From an uncultured cyanobacterium (lineage in GTDB: Bacteria > Cyanobacteriota > Cyanobacteriia > Cyanobacteriales > Cyanobacteriaceae): a DNA stretch of 64,000 nucleotides. The notes beneath the pieces were generated by a model, which had not been told where the DNA came from, ran no database searches, and saw only the letters and a list, made by a program, of their open reading frames with translations. Each line of letters opens with the position of its first letter. Positions within the stretch are counted from its first letter, which is position 1. The DNA lies in NCBI GenBank assembly GCA_963710605.1, contig CAVQBA010000004.1, forward strand, positions 128,001 to 192,000, given 5' to 3'. Made by a program: the position numbers and the translations under genes. Of the stretch, positions 44,850 through 56,682 are shown piece after piece.

Positions 44850-45151
44850 AACTTTTAATTATTTTAATATTTGTTCTTATGATTAATTATCATACTATGT
44901 TTTGTTAACTTTTATTAACGTTTTGGTCATTTTCTACTGTTTAAAGATACTTATATTAGCTATAGCGATCGATCAAATTTAAAACCGCAAAAAATAGAGT
45001 AATAATTGTTAACCAAACCTTGAAACTGCTCCCTCAGAATATTTACTAACCTTTAGTGGAGCTTGAAAGTACCTTTTTTTTGATCAGATTAATTAGGATT
45101 GATTTTTTTAACTATTAACTATAGATAAAAGTAAATTTCAACTGAAATTAG

Positions 45152-46225
45152 TTAATCATCCATTTGCCAAGGCTCAGTTAGATTCCCCTCATCCAAGATT
45201 TTTTTCGGACGTAAAATTAATAATAATTGTCCGACAATTTTTTGTTCAGGCTCATTAGCAAACCAATCAAATTTGAGTTGGTTATCTTGCTCAACTAAAA
45301 AATAATGATTATTATCCCATTGTGTCGCTGTTAAATCAACAACAACCAACAACTCCTCTGACTTATTATTAGTTTCTTTAGGTAAATCTGTACTTTCACA
45401 GATAATAACTACTGGTTTTTCAGCTTGCAAAACAACTTGCCAAGTAGGAATACTAACTACTGAATGATTATCAGGAATAGTCGTTATGCCAAAAGGCTCA
45501 ACGGTAGATAAAACAGGTATATTTTGTAAACTTTCTGTACTAAGAGGAAAACTCCCTACTACAGGTAAAATACAAGGCAACTGCTCATCACTTTCAAAAC
45601 GATAAATTGGTAATAAAGGAGCATATTGAATTGGTGTTGCACTCATTTGAGTTAACAATTGTTCAATTTTTTGTCTGGCGGTAGCAGAATAAACATATTT
45701 TAAACCTTGAGCAATTAAACGTGCTTTATCAGCTAAATCTTTTTTTGGTTTCGCCAATTTCCAATATTGATATGCCACCGCATCACCAGGATGAATAGTA
45801 AAACCCGTTGGTGGTTGAGACATACGAGAAAAAACTTTAATCGCTTTAGCTACTTCTTTTGCACCATCCACATCTAATTGTTTTTCTTTAGCTAAAACAG
45901 CTCCAGAAAGTCTTTCTTCGTGATTTAATACTCTTAATTCATATAATACATCAGTACGAGGACCTTGATAATAAGTAAGTGTATTCTCATCGGCTTTTTG
46001 TTGCACCAAACTTTCATAGACTTGACTGGCGACTATGACTAAATTTTGTTGACTACGTTGTAATCCTGTGGTTTCAAAAATTTCGTCAGGATGTACTCCT
46101 GCTTGTTGCAATTTATAGCAAGCTTTACCCCAATCAACCCAACATCCTTGTTTTTTTAATAATGACTCGGTTAATTCTTCTTTTTCTACGGCACTTAGGG
46201 CATAATTATCGGTATTTTCTGTCAT
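45152..46225 (-). CDS. raf1: RuBisCO accumulation factor 1
   Basis: WVDWG..C..L, IFETTG...QN..IVASQVY, LYELR.L, LRPKKILDE, WQMDD. Confidence 0.92.
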   Translation of the reverse strand: MTENTDNYALSAVEKEELTESLLKKQGCWVDWGKACYKLQQAGVHPDEIFETTGLQRSQQNLVIVASQVYESLVQQKADENTLTYYQGPRTDVLYELRVLNHEERLSGAVLAKEKQLDVDGAKEVAKAIKVFSRMSQPPTGFTIHPGDAVAYQYWKLAKPKKDLADKARLIAQGLKYVYSATARQKIEQLLTQMSATPIQYAPLLPIYRFESDEQLPCILPVVGSFPLSTESLQNIPVLSTVEPFGITTIPDNHSVVSIPTWQVVLQAEKPVVIICESTDLPKETNNKSEELLVVVDLTATQWDNNHYFLVEQDNQLKFDWFANEPEQKIVGQLLLILRPKKILDEGNLTEPWQMDD

Positions 46226-46282
46226 CTTTTCTTGTTAATTGCTTTTAATGATGATTAATCAACCAAAGATATTATACCGAAT

Positions 46283-46489
46283 TTACAAATCATCTTCGGA
46301 TAATTGAGCTATTTTCATAATTGATTTGAGAGTACCTATTTTTAAATCTTGATTGCGATGTACGGGAATAGAAATAATTTTATCTCGATCGTCTTTTTGA
46401 TAAATATAATGACTTCCTGTAATTTTTTTGAGTATCCAACCTTTTGTCTCTACTATTTTACAAAGTTTTTTGCCTGAAACCGACTTCAT
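46283..46489 (-). CDS. hicA: HicA mRNase toxin
   Basis: GW...GSH...PVH..DLKIGTL. Confidence 0.92.
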   Translation of the reverse strand: MKSVSGKKLCKIVETKGWILKKITGSHYIYQKDDRDKIISIPVHRNQDLKIGTLKSIMKIAQLSEDDL

Positions 46490-46689
46490 ACTGCTATCTC
46501 TACTACTTTAGAATTAGCTTCAATTTTGGTTGATTCATTCGCTACTTCTAACCATCCTTGAATTGCATCCTGAAGATTTTTGACAACCTCTTCCATCGTA
46601 TCTCCTTCGGTGATACAACCTTCCAATGCTGGTACTTCAGCCCAATAACCACCTTCCTCTGCTGGATGAATAATTGCTTTTATTTTCAT
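46486..46689 (-). CDS. hicB: HicB antitoxin
   Basis: EEGGYWAEVPAL.GC.T.G.T.EE; ATGA overlap with hicA. Confidence 0.92.
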   Translation of the reverse strand: MKIKAIIHPAEEGGYWAEVPALEGCITEGDTMEEVVKNLQDAIQGWLEVANESTKIEANSKVVEIAV

Positions 46690-46900
46690 GAATTTAAAAT
46701 TAGATGATTAATAATTGAAGACAATAAAGTATATGTTTATTATTTTACTTTAAATCAAATTAGGAATTTAATACTAACATTTATGATTTTTGACGTTGAA
46801 TACGATCGTATTGTTGTAGTTGGTATAAATAAGTAACGTTTATTGACTATGATTTTAGTAAGATTATATTTATATTTTGAGTTCAATTGTCAAATTAAAA

Positions 46901-47383
46901 ATGAAAAATAAAAATTTCAACATACAAATCAAATTAATTTTACTACTACTTTTTTTACTTTTAACAAAAAAAAGTATTGCTCAAAATACAATCACTAACA
47001 GTACGACAAGTCATAATTGTAATGTATCCAATGGTGTTGTTTCTGGATCTTGTAAACTCAAAACTGAAGATTTAATTGTTTCTGGATACGTGGAAGAAAA
47101 TAATGTTATTCCAAATATAACTGTGATGAATAATGGAATTCTTGTTTTCCAAGGAGTTTGTTTAGGTAATATAAATGTTCATAAAGGTGGACATTTGATC
47201 TTAAAAGGAAGCGTAGGAGGAGTAGTCACGAATGAAGGAGGTTTAGTTGAAATAAGAGGTATAGCACCTAATGTTTATGCAAAACAAGGAGAAACGATTA
47301 TTTATGGAATTGTTGATAATTTATTAGGTGATGGAAAAGTGATTAGAAAAAAAGGTGCAACGATATCAGGAATAGGATATTAA
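46901..47383 (+). CDS. Hypothetical secreted protein with beta-solenoid-like repeats
   Basis: Signal peptide; repeated short V/I-x-G strands. Confidence 0.65.
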   Translation: MKNKNFNIQIKLILLLLFLLLTKKSIAQNTITNSTTSHNCNVSNGVVSGSCKLKTEDLIVSGYVEENNVIPNITVMNNGILVFQGVCLGNINVHKGGHLILKGSVGGVVTNEGGLVEIRGIAPNVYAKQGETIIYGIVDNLLGDGKVIRKKGATISGIGY

Positions 47384-47618
47384 AAATTCGATCGTCTTTT
47401 AATATACTCGATCGTGAGAACCAATTACTGATAACAGAATCTCTTTTTCTTCTGATTCCAAAATTTCTAAAATTTTATCCTCAAAACTAACTTTTAGTTG
47501 ACATTAACGATCGATTTTATATTGTTGCTATAACTTATGATAGGTTAATTAAGCCAAAAAGCAGTAGTTATTAACTATAACCTAAAAGCGAAACCCAGTA
47601 AATTTTAGCTCAATTAAT

Positions 47619-47690
47619 GATGGGTTACGGCACTCGTTATTAACGAAGAGTGCTTGAGTTATTTATGAATAAATGCCTAACCCATCCTAC
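47619..47690. repeat. REP doublet (REPIN-like)
   Basis: GATGGGTTACGGCA ... TGCCTAACCCATCCTAC inverted arms. Confidence 0.65.
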
Positions 47691-47761
47691 GACTAATAAC
47701 GATCGATAATTCTCAATTAATATTCGTTTACAATAGTTAATGGGAAATTGGGTTAAGTAAT

Positions 47762-49294
47762 ATGACAACGAAAACAGAAATAGTAATTATCGGTAGTGGT
47801 TTAGGTGGTTTATGTTGTGGAGCAATCCTCGCACGTTACGGGTATGACGTAATTATTTGCGAGAGTCATAATATTGCAGGTGGTGCAGCTCATGGTTTCG
47901 CTTATCAAGGTTTTAAATTTGATTCTGGACCATCTTTGTATTCTGGGTTATCCTATTCTCCTTCTAGTAATCCGTTACGTCAAGTACTAGATATTATAGA
48001 AGAAGATATTGAATGGAAAAATTATAATAGTTGGGGTTGTTGGTTGCCTGAAGGTTATTTTGATGTGGCTGTGGGTGCAGATAAATTTTATGAGTTGTTA
48101 GTTAATTTGAGAGGAAAAGAAGCCGGTAATCAATGGCGTAAGTTACAACAAGTGATGTTACCTTTAGGAAAAGCATCAATGGCGATACCTGTTAAGGCGG
48201 TTAGATATGATTGGGCGGCACTACTAACATTACCTCCTTTTGCTTTATCGATGCTTCCTTACGCTTTTAGTGCTAGTCAGTTAACTGGTAGTTTCGGTGA
48301 AATTATGGATGAGGTTGTTACTGATAAATTTGTTCGTAATTGGCTTGATTTATTATGTTTTATGTTATCTGGTTTACCTGCCCACGGCACTTCGGCGGCG
48401 GAAATGGCTTTTATGTTTGCTGAATGGTATCGCCCTGATGTAGTTTTAGATTATCCTGTAGGTACGACTGAATCGATCGTCAATGCTTTAGTCAAAGGTT
48501 TAACTAAATATGGTGGTGAGTTGCGTTTATCTACTCATGTGGAAGAAATTATCACTAAAAATAATGAGGCGGTAGGTGTAAGACTACGCAACGGCGAAGA
48601 AATTAGAGCTTCAAAAGCAGTAGTTTCTAATGCTTCTATTTGGGATACAGTTAAAATTATTCCCGATGGCGTTTTACCTAGTAAATATAGCACCGAAGTA
48701 GAGAATACACCGATGAATGATAGTTTTATGCACCTTCATTTAGGTATTGATGGTAAGGATATTCCTGCTGATTTACCTTGTCATCATATGATTGTTAATG
48801 ATTGGGATGCCGGAGTTACTGCCGAGCAAAATGTGGTGGCGGTATCAATTCCTTCTTTACTTGATGGTACTGTTGCACCTGAAGGAAAACACGGCATTCA
48901 TGTTTATACACCTGCAACTGAGCCTTATTCTTTATGGGCAAATCTTAAACGTAATACTCCTGAATATGAGGCTATGAAGGAAAAACGCTCACAGGTAATG
49001 TGGGAAGCATTAGAGAGATTTATTCCTGATATTAAGAGTCGTTGTGAAGTAACTTTAGTGGGTACACCTTTAACTCATGAGCGGTATTTAAGAAGATATA
49101 AAGGTACTTATGGGGCGGCGTGGAAAGCAGGTGAAGCGTTGTTTCCGACTTCTAATACTCCGATCGATAATTTATATTGTTGCGGTGATTCTACTTTTCC
49201 CGGTATTGGTGTACCAGCAGTGGCGGCTAGTGGTTTTATTACAGCGAATACGGTGGCAAGTGTAGATAAGCAACTGAAGTTATTATGGTCGTAG
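47762..49294 (+). CDS. Phytoene desaturase/CrtH-like FAD oxidoreductase
   Basis: IIGSGLGG, FDSGPS, GTPLTH, GDSTFPGIGVPAV. Confidence 0.88.
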   Translation: MTTKTEIVIIGSGLGGLCCGAILARYGYDVIICESHNIAGGAAHGFAYQGFKFDSGPSLYSGLSYSPSSNPLRQVLDIIEEDIEWKNYNSWGCWLPEGYFDVAVGADKFYELLVNLRGKEAGNQWRKLQQVMLPLGKASMAIPVKAVRYDWAALLTLPPFALSMLPYAFSASQLTGSFGEIMDEVVTDKFVRNWLDLLCFMLSGLPAHGTSAAEMAFMFAEWYRPDVVLDYPVGTTESIVNALVKGLTKYGGELRLSTHVEEIITKNNEAVGVRLRNGEEIRASKAVVSNASIWDTVKIIPDGVLPSKYSTEVENTPMNDSFMHLHLGIDGKDIPADLPCHHMIVNDWDAGVTAEQNVVAVSIPSLLDGTVAPEGKHGIHVYTPATEPYSLWANLKRNTPEYEAMKEKRSQVMWEALERFIPDIKSRCEVTLVGTPLTHERYLRRYKGTYGAAWKAGEALFPTSNTPIDNLYCCGDSTFPGIGVPAVAASGFITANTVASVDKQLKLLWS

Positions 49295-49465
49295 TCTTTG
49301 AAATTTAGAGGTGTTTGAGCAGTAACCTTTGTTCCCTTCTTTATTTCAAAAAGGAGGGGTTTGAATCTTGTAATTTACCTGAGAGGTTACGTTATCACTG
49401 TTTAGTTATGCCAAATTAGTTGTTTATTAGTTTAAAACGTTTAGATAATGTAGGTGAATCAGCTA

Positions 49466-49855
49466 TTATTTAACCGCTATACATTCAATTTCTACTAATA
49501 CATCTTTTGGTAATCTTGATACTTCCACACAAGCACGAGCGGGAGGTTGCTCAGCAAAATATTGAGCATAGATTTCATTCATAGCTGTAAAATCAGTCAA
49601 ATCTTTGAGAAAAACACTTGTTTTGACAATATTAGACCAATCTAAACCAGCTTCAGTTAAAACAGCTTCTATATTACTCATAACTTGCTTAGTTTGAGCT
49701 ACAACATCATTTTCGCCTTCGATTTTACCTGTACTAGGATTTAAGGCTATTTGTCCTGCTAAAAAGACCAATTCACCTTGAGATGCGATCGCTTGACTAT
49801 ATGGACCAACAGGTGCAGGTGCTCGATCGGTATAAATTACTCTTTTACTTACCAT
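49466..49855 (-). CDS. ridA: RidA-family enamine/imine deaminase
   Basis: APVGPYSQA, GQI, PPAR..VEV..LP, VEIE. Confidence 0.92.
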   Translation of the reverse strand: MVSKRVIYTDRAPAPVGPYSQAIASQGELVFLAGQIALNPSTGKIEGENDVVAQTKQVMSNIEAVLTEAGLDWSNIVKTSVFLKDLTDFTAMNEIYAQYFAEQPPARACVEVSRLPKDVLVEIECIAVK

Positions 49856-49949
49856 TCCAAAAACTTTTTAGTTCACTAATAAAAATAAACAACAAAAACC
49901 AACTGTCATCAAGAGTGACAACAGTTGTCAAAATATCATAAAAATATGA

Positions 49950-50249
<300 letters not shown>

Positions 50250-51579
50250 TTAACCGCAGTATATAATCTCAACAGCACTTTACGATATATAACTTTAAAC
50301 TCTGTAACAATTGACGATCGTCCATTGAGAGTTAACAATGTGATGACTATTTAAAAAACATAGTAATTAATTAAGAATTGAGAATTAAAAACCGAAGTCT
50401 ATCTTCTAATTTTTTCGGTGTCCAGTCAAAAATTTTTTTAATGAAGCGGCTTGTACTGTGATAGTTATAGTTAATCTAGTTACTAACGTTGTTGAAACTA
50501 CGATTTCTATTGTGCTGAGTTTAACTGAGCATTATTATTAGAACAACTTGAGTTTTGAAAAATCGGTTTGAACAACAACTTACGTAAACCGTTAATCTGC
50601 TTTATCCTGTCTAATAACAGATTCAAGTTACTCTATTTCAAATATGTGTTAATTATAGATATTTTTCAGTTAAAATCCCATTCTGATTTCCCAAGCTTAA
50701 TTAAAAATGAGATCGCTAACAAGTGATGATTAGTTAAACTGAGCCACAAATTGTTTAGAAGTGCTTTTTTTGGTATAATCTTGTTCATAACTAATACTAA
50801 GCGAGTATAGTTAAGAGAATAAAAGTATTGCTAATCGATTTTGATAAAACCGTGGTGAGATCGTATAGATAGATTGCCCGTAATTGTCCATCAAGATACA
50901 AAGAAAATTGTATTGGAGAAAAGTAAAAAGAGTGTAATTTAGTTATAGTTCGTTAAGAGCAAGACTAGTTTTTAAGTGTCAAAAGGCGATCGATCATTAA
51001 CAGATTAATATAGTTCAGTGAGAAAATAACACTGTTATTAAAATGTAACGATCCACAAGTAAGATTTATCAAAATACAGATTAATTAGAGATTAATAATT
51101 ATTTATTATCACAGGAAACGATCGATCATTATAAATGTTATCAAGTTTAAACCTAAAAATACATGAAAAAAAACTTCAGGAAAAACAGACAAAAGGTAAT
51201 TAGAATTGCTTCTATCCTGAATCCCATAAGTTGGGGAAAAGAATAAATATTAAGACTAAATTAGTAGATAAAAATTAGCAAAAAAAGAATTAAGATCGAG
51301 AAAATACAGACTAAAAAAATTAATATAAGACTGCTTTTAAAAATAATCTTTTCAAATACTTAATTTAAATAAACATCCGTAAATTAAGTAATAATATCGT
51401 GATAATCTTCTTTTATATAAAAATTATTTTAGGTTATTTGCAGTTAATATGTGCCTGAATTTAGCGTGTAATTTCTCCATCTAAATTAAATTTTTGGCTA
51501 CAAAAAAATGAATCTTATCTTTAAATATACAAACATTAAAGATTAACAACATCGTTAGACAATTTTTTGAGGTAAATGA

Positions 51580-53706
51580 ATGCCAAAACAAATAATAATC
51601 GCAGAAAAAAATCATATCGCCGCCGTATTTGAGCAAAATCAAATACAAGAATTAGTCGTTGCTACGGGAAATCAACAAGTAGGAGACATTTACTTAGGCA
51701 CAGTCGAAAATGTCATTTCAGGTATAGATGCCGCCTTTGTAAATATTGGTGATGCTGAGAAAAATGGCTTTATCCATATCACTGATTTAGGTCCGTTAAG
51801 ACGCAGAAGGAGTGCTGGTGCAATTACCGAATTGTTATCACCACAACAGCCTGTATTAGTTCAAGTGATGAAAGAACCAACAGGTTCAAAAGGTCCTCGC
51901 CTAACAGGTAATATCAGTCTTCCTGGACGTTATTTAGTTCTGATGCCTTATGGTAAAGGAGTTAGTTTATCTCGCCGAATAAAAAATGACAATGAGCGTA
52001 ACCGTTTACGAGCATTAGCTATTTTACTCAAACCCTCAGGAATGGGTTTATTAGTACGTACCGAAGCTGATGGTAAAGCAGAAGAAGCAATTATTGAAGA
52101 TTTAGAATTTTTACACAAACAATGGGAAAAGATTCAACAAGAAGCTAATTCTTTACGTCCACCTTCATTATTAAATCGTGATGATGATTTTATTCAAAGA
52201 GTCTTACGAGATATGTTCACCGACGAAGTGAATCGAATCGTGGTTGATTCAACTGAAGGGGTCAAAAATATTAAGAAACATTTAAGTAATTGGGGAGGAG
52301 GGCGACAACCTAATGGTGTTCAAATAGACAAACATCAAGAACCAACCCCGATTTTAGATACGTTTCGGATTAATATTGCTATTAAAGAAGCACTAAAACC
52401 GAGAGTAGAACTACCTTCAGGTGGTTATATCATCATTGAACCAACAGAAGCATTAACGGTGATAGATGTCAACTCAGGCTCTTTCACTCACTCAGCAACA
52501 TCAAGAGAAACAGTTTTATGGACAAATTACGAAGCGGCGATCGAAATTGCTCGTCAATTAAAGTTACGTAATATTGGTGGCGTGATTGTGGTTGATTTTA
52601 TTGATATGGACACTCGTGCAGATAAAATCAAATTATTAGAGCAGTTTAATCGTGTTTTACAAAGTGATAAAGCCCGTCCTCAAGTTGCTCAGTTATCTGA
52701 GTTAGGTTTAGTTGAGCTAACTCGTAAACGTCAAGGTAAAAACATTTATGAGTTGTTTGCTCAAATTTGTCCTCATTGCTTAGGTTTAGGTTTAGTAACT
52801 CAAATTACAGGTCATAATAATGAAGCAGAAAACATAGTCGTTAGTGCTTCTACCGCTCCGACTTTAGTGTCTAAAGCACCCGAAAAAATTAATCTAGACG
52901 AAAAATTTGCCAATATTAATAACGAGTATAATGTTGAAGATTTAACCCAAGACGATGAAGATAACATAGATCAAATAGATCAGAAAAAAAATAATAACCG
53001 CCGTCGTCGTCAAAATGGTTTGAAAGAAGAACCAATCTTAGTTAATAACAACGGTAATGGAAATAATGTAAATATCAATAATAATAATAATGAGATTGAA
53101 GTAAAACAAGAACGCAAAGAGCGTACTTTATTATCTCGTTCTTTACGAAGAGATGATAGTCAATGGGAAAAAGTCGTTGTGGAAATGACCGAGACAGAAC
53201 AAGATGTTTATGCTTTTATGGGTATTTCTCCATTGCTTCATTTGGAAACAGAAGTCAAAGATCCAAAATCTGTGTTAATTTATGTTCAATTACCAGAAGA
53301 AGGTAAAGCTAATCTTGAAGATGAGGAAGAGACAGATGCAATTTTGTCGGTAAATCCTGACTCTTCTAATATTGATGAAGAACAGACTGTTGAGCCTGAT
53401 ATTGAGTCTGATATTGAGTCTGATATTGAGCCTGGTATTGAGGTTGAGCTATCATCAAGTTTTGAAGAAGAAGACAAAGTTGAAGAGGAGGCTAAGCTGA
53501 CTATAGTAGAAGAAGATCAGCTAGAATTTGTTTCTGAGCAAGATACGATTGATGAGAATAAAGAAGTAACTGAAGAAACTCCAACCAAGACACAGATTCC
53601 TGATAAGTCTGAAACCATAGCTGAAGCGGCTATAAAAGAGGCTTTAGAGGGCGATCGACCTGTAGTACGGAGTCGTCGTCGTCGTCGTACTTCTGCTTCT
53701 TCTTAG
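51580..53706 (+). CDS. rne: Ribonuclease E
   Basis: S1 domain, IDVNSG, DFIDM, CPHC, acidic C-terminus ending RRRRRTSA. Confidence 0.96.
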   Translation: MPKQIIIAEKNHIAAVFEQNQIQELVVATGNQQVGDIYLGTVENVISGIDAAFVNIGDAEKNGFIHITDLGPLRRRRSAGAITELLSPQQPVLVQVMKEPTGSKGPRLTGNISLPGRYLVLMPYGKGVSLSRRIKNDNERNRLRALAILLKPSGMGLLVRTEADGKAEEAIIEDLEFLHKQWEKIQQEANSLRPPSLLNRDDDFIQRVLRDMFTDEVNRIVVDSTEGVKNIKKHLSNWGGGRQPNGVQIDKHQEPTPILDTFRINIAIKEALKPRVELPSGGYIIIEPTEALTVIDVNSGSFTHSATSRETVLWTNYEAAIEIARQLKLRNIGGVIVVDFIDMDTRADKIKLLEQFNRVLQSDKARPQVAQLSELGLVELTRKRQGKNIYELFAQICPHCLGLGLVTQITGHNNEAENIVVSASTAPTLVSKAPEKINLDEKFANINNEYNVEDLTQDDEDNIDQIDQKKNNNRRRRQNGLKEEPILVNNNGNGNNVNINNNNNEIEVKQERKERTLLSRSLRRDDSQWEKVVVEMTETEQDVYAFMGISPLLHLETEVKDPKSVLIYVQLPEEGKANLEDEEETDAILSVNPDSSNIDEEQTVEPDIESDIESDIEPGIEVELSSSFEEEDKVEEEAKLTIVEEDQLEFVSEQDTIDENKEVTEETPTKTQIPDKSETIAEAAIKEALEGDRPVVRSRRRRRTSASS

Positions 53707-53893
53707 ACTTATTTGAACCACTCTTAACCCCTTCCTAGTAAGAAGGGGTATTTGATAATCAATATCTATAAAATAATTTTTTGATTAGCTACTATATTTT
53801 AATCAGTTGGAAATAGCGATCGTAATATTACCTAAATAGATTTATTTTTTTGATAGTGTAAAAGAATTGTTAGATAATTAATTATTTATTGTT

Positions 53894-54559
53894 TTGTCTC
53901 AATCCTCTAGTTTACCGATTGATTTTATTCTTGAAGACTATCTTGATAATACTTCGGCTTTAATTGCAGGAGTAGATGAAGTAGGTAGAGGCTGTTTATT
54001 TGGTAGTGTAGTTGCTTGTGTTGTTGTTGTTAAATTATCACAAGTAAAAAGTTTGACTGAAATGGGTGTTGGTGATAGCAAAAAATTGAGTGCTAAAAAA
54101 AGAGCGAATTTAGTACCTCAAATAGAGAATTTTGTCGTCGATTGGCAAATAGCAGAAGTTGATAGCAAAACCATCGATCAAATTAATATTCTTCAAGCTT
54201 CTTTATTGGCGATGACAAAAGCGATTGATAGTCTATCTGTTTCTCCCAATTTATGTTTAATTGATGGCAATATGTTGTTGCCAAATATTTCTTACCGACA
54301 AATTGCCTTAGTAAAAGGAGATTTACGATCGCCAATTATTGGTGCGGCAAGTATTCTAGCTAAGGTGTGGCGTGATCAACAAATGAGCGATTATCATCAA
54401 CAATACCCGATGTATGATTTAGCTAAAAACAAAGGTTATGGTACTAAAAAACACACTGAAGCGATCGAGAAGTATGGGTTAACTCCTCAACACCGTCGAT
54501 CGTTTTCTCCGTGCAAAAATTATTTATCGAAGCAAACAGAATTATATTTTAATCGTTAA
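53894..54559 (+). CDS. rnhB: Ribonuclease HII
   Basis: GVDEVGRG, DSKKL, IDG, KGD, AASILAKV, HRRSF; follows rne. Confidence 0.95.
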   Translation: MSQSSSLPIDFILEDYLDNTSALIAGVDEVGRGCLFGSVVACVVVVKLSQVKSLTEMGVGDSKKLSAKKRANLVPQIENFVVDWQIAEVDSKTIDQINILQASLLAMTKAIDSLSVSPNLCLIDGNMLLPNISYRQIALVKGDLRSPIIGAASILAKVWRDQQMSDYHQQYPMYDLAKNKGYGTKKHTEAIEKYGLTPQHRRSFSPCKNYLSKQTELYFNR

Positions 54560-54847
54560 GAGAAATTAACAGATAAACATCGATCGATTTAAATTTTTTT
54601 GCGTATATTATTTTCAGTTGTCTTAGTTTAAATCGTTTTTACAGTTATTGCTGAATCTAATATTTAGTTTTTTAGATTATATTTTGCTTATTCTAAAGCT
54701 GATTATTTATTCCCCATAACCTTGTTTTGCTACTTGTTTAAAAATAAAATTTTTCGTAACGATATTTAATAACGCTTTTAAGCGTATCTTGAACCCAAAA
54801 AAGATAACAAACACAAACGAACTCATTAATATTTTAACTTTAGATTT

Positions 54848-55010
54848 TATAGTCATTTCAATTAAGATTAAGACAGTAAGAAGAATACTGAAACCAAAGT
54901 ATTAAACCCGCCTTGAACTGTCGTGCAAGGCTAATATTCTGTTCGTTTAATAAATTAAACTGAAATTTAGATTCATCACTAGTGTCTCATTTTTATTTGA
55001 AACAACTATA
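54848..55010. mobile_element. MITE-like element (TATAG ends)
   Basis: Left end TATAGTCATTTCAATTAAGATTAAGACA vs reverse-complemented right end TATAGTTGTTTCAAATAAAAATGAGACA. Confidence 0.65.
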
Positions 55011-55139
55011 TAAGTAGTAACGCAAAATTAATTGTGTATTTTGATTATGCTTTGACAACCATAAAACCTCAACTGAATCAAGGGTGCAAACCTTGCACCC
55101 CTACAAATAAATATACAAACAATTTTGTACAGGTACTTA
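55011..55139. mobile_element. Second MITE-like element containing a REP-like palindrome
   Basis: TAAGTA...CAAAATT inverted ends; internal GGGTGCAAACCTTGCACCCCTAC. Confidence 0.55.
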
Positions 55140-55233
55140 TTTTATTTAAAAGTATATTTATCATATAATTGATAGATATCTAGTTTTTATAGATTTTCTT
55201 AAAATTAAAAAGTAAAAGAGGTAATAAATAACT

Positions 55234-55794
55234 ATGAAAAACTCTTCAAAGATAGGAAATTTTACTGTTTCTACACTGAAAAATTTATTTATTTTGAGTA
55301 CTAGTATTTTGTCTTTTAGCATACCTTTACAATTTAAAAACTCCGATGTTTTAGCTCAAAACGCTCAGGCATTTATTTATGATCCTCCTTCTAATGTAAA
55401 ATTTACTCCCAATGGGCGAATTCAATGTACTATCAAATTCACCACTTATATTACTACCTACGGTTATAACAACGGTTGGTACATTACTGATGTATGCGGC
55501 GAAACGGGCTATATTCATCAAAGTCAAATAACTTTTCCAAATTCTTCCCAAAATTCATCATCATCATCACAGGACGTGGATTGTTGGGTAACGAACATTC
55601 AAACTGGACAATTAGCAGTACGTAGTAGTCCTGGAGGAGCATCTATTGCCGGACTTAATAATAACAATACAGTGCAATATATAAAAGGAGATATACCTTG
55701 GTATTATATCAGAGTTATACAAGGTCCTAATAGTCAAGTTAGTGGGAAAACAGGATGGGTAAATGCTAATTATTTAGAGTGTTATTGGAATTAA
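55234..55794 (+). CDS. Secreted protein with two SH3b-like domains
   Basis: DPPSNV..P.G...GWY...GYIH.SQ and LAVRSSP...GWVNANYL. Confidence 0.8.
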   Translation: MKNSSKIGNFTVSTLKNLFILSTSILSFSIPLQFKNSDVLAQNAQAFIYDPPSNVKFTPNGRIQCTIKFTTYITTYGYNNGWYITDVCGETGYIHQSQITFPNSSQNSSSSSQDVDCWVTNIQTGQLAVRSSPGGASIAGLNNNNTVQYIKGDIPWYYIRVIQGPNSQVSGKTGWVNANYLECYWN

Positions 55795-56039
55795 TATCGA
55801 TCGACAGTTATACGATTAAAGTGAAATAGGATTAAGACTGTTAAATATTTTGGGTTGTCAGAAAAATTTTGATTAAATCTACAATTAAAATATGACTCGG
55901 AAGTAACTAAAGATAAATTACGAAGACAAGCTTAAAAAAGAAATACAACCTCGAAAAATACGATCGATCGCTAGAATGAATAATATATTGTCTAACATTA
56001 TTGTGACTGGTAATAAATTAATAATTCTGATTAAACAAG

Positions 56040-56207
56040 ATGAAATATGAAATTAAATTAATTCAAAGTGAGGAAGGATACGCAGTATGTTGTCCTCAAC
56101 TTAAAGGATGTTGGAGTGAGGGAAAAACAAAACCTGAAGCGATTGAAAATATCAAAGATGCAATTCAAGAATATTTACAAGCTAAAAAAGAAGATGAAAG
56201 CATTTGA
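56040..56207 (+). CDS. HicB-like antitoxin (55 aa, no adjacent hicA)
   Basis: Manual translation: MKYEIKLIQSEEGYAVCCPQLKGCWSEGKTKPEAIENIKDAIQEYL... Confidence 0.8.
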   Translation: MKYEIKLIQSEEGYAVCCPQLKGCWSEGKTKPEAIENIKDAIQEYLQAKKEDESI

Positions 56208-56439
56208 AACAACAGCAAAAGTAAATAAAAATGGTCAATTATTATTAAACGAGCCTTTAAATATTGATGAAGATAGCGAAGTAAAAGTAATTGTTTTAGT
56301 CTCAGAAAAATCTGAATACGAGCCTGATGATACACCAGTAGAAGAAATAAAAGCAAGTTTAAGAGTAGCTTTGCAAGAAGTAAAAGAAGGAAAAACTCAA
56401 CCTATCTCACAGTTATGGAAGGGAGTTAATGTTGAATAA
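56194..56439 (+). CDS. Putative antitoxin, followed only by a short toxin-like remnant
   Basis: MKAFE...GQL.L.EPL...ALQEVKEGKT.P.SQLW; ATG 56194 is the likelier start than 56068. Confidence 0.65.
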   Translation: MKAFETTAKVNKNGQLLLNEPLNIDEDSEVKVIVLVSEKSEYEPDDTPVEEIKASLRVALQEVKEGKTQPISQLWKGVNVE

Positions 56440-56484
56440 TACTTCTTTTTTTCCTATTCACAAATGAATTTAAGAAAAATGTTT

Positions 56485-56682
56485 TTACTTAGAATGGCGT
56501 TTAACAAAATCCAAGTATTGATTTAAATCTTCTGGAGATTCTAAAGGTGGCATTTCCACCCAGTTTCCTTCTTCATGTAATTTATCTACATAAGCATAAA
56601 ATGCTTCTCGATCGTCTCGATGTGTCATAAAATAATTATGTAATTGCTGACGATTCATATTTTTAAAATTAGGTTTATTCAT
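56485..56682 (-). CDS. DUF6887-like protein
   Basis: KPNF..M...QL..Y...HRDD.EAFYAY.D. Confidence 0.7.
   Translation of the reverse strand: MNKPNFKNMNRQQLHNYFMTHRDDREAFYAYVDKLHEEGNWVEMPPLESPEDLNQYLDFVKRHSK

Noticed and set aside
44900-44921. HLR1/RpaB-like direct repeat upstream of ndhD
   Set aside because: Only a partial match in AT-rich DNA.
56068-56193. N-terminal extension of the 123 aa ORF
   Set aside because: It overlaps the hicB-like gene in another frame; ATG 56194 is the likelier start.
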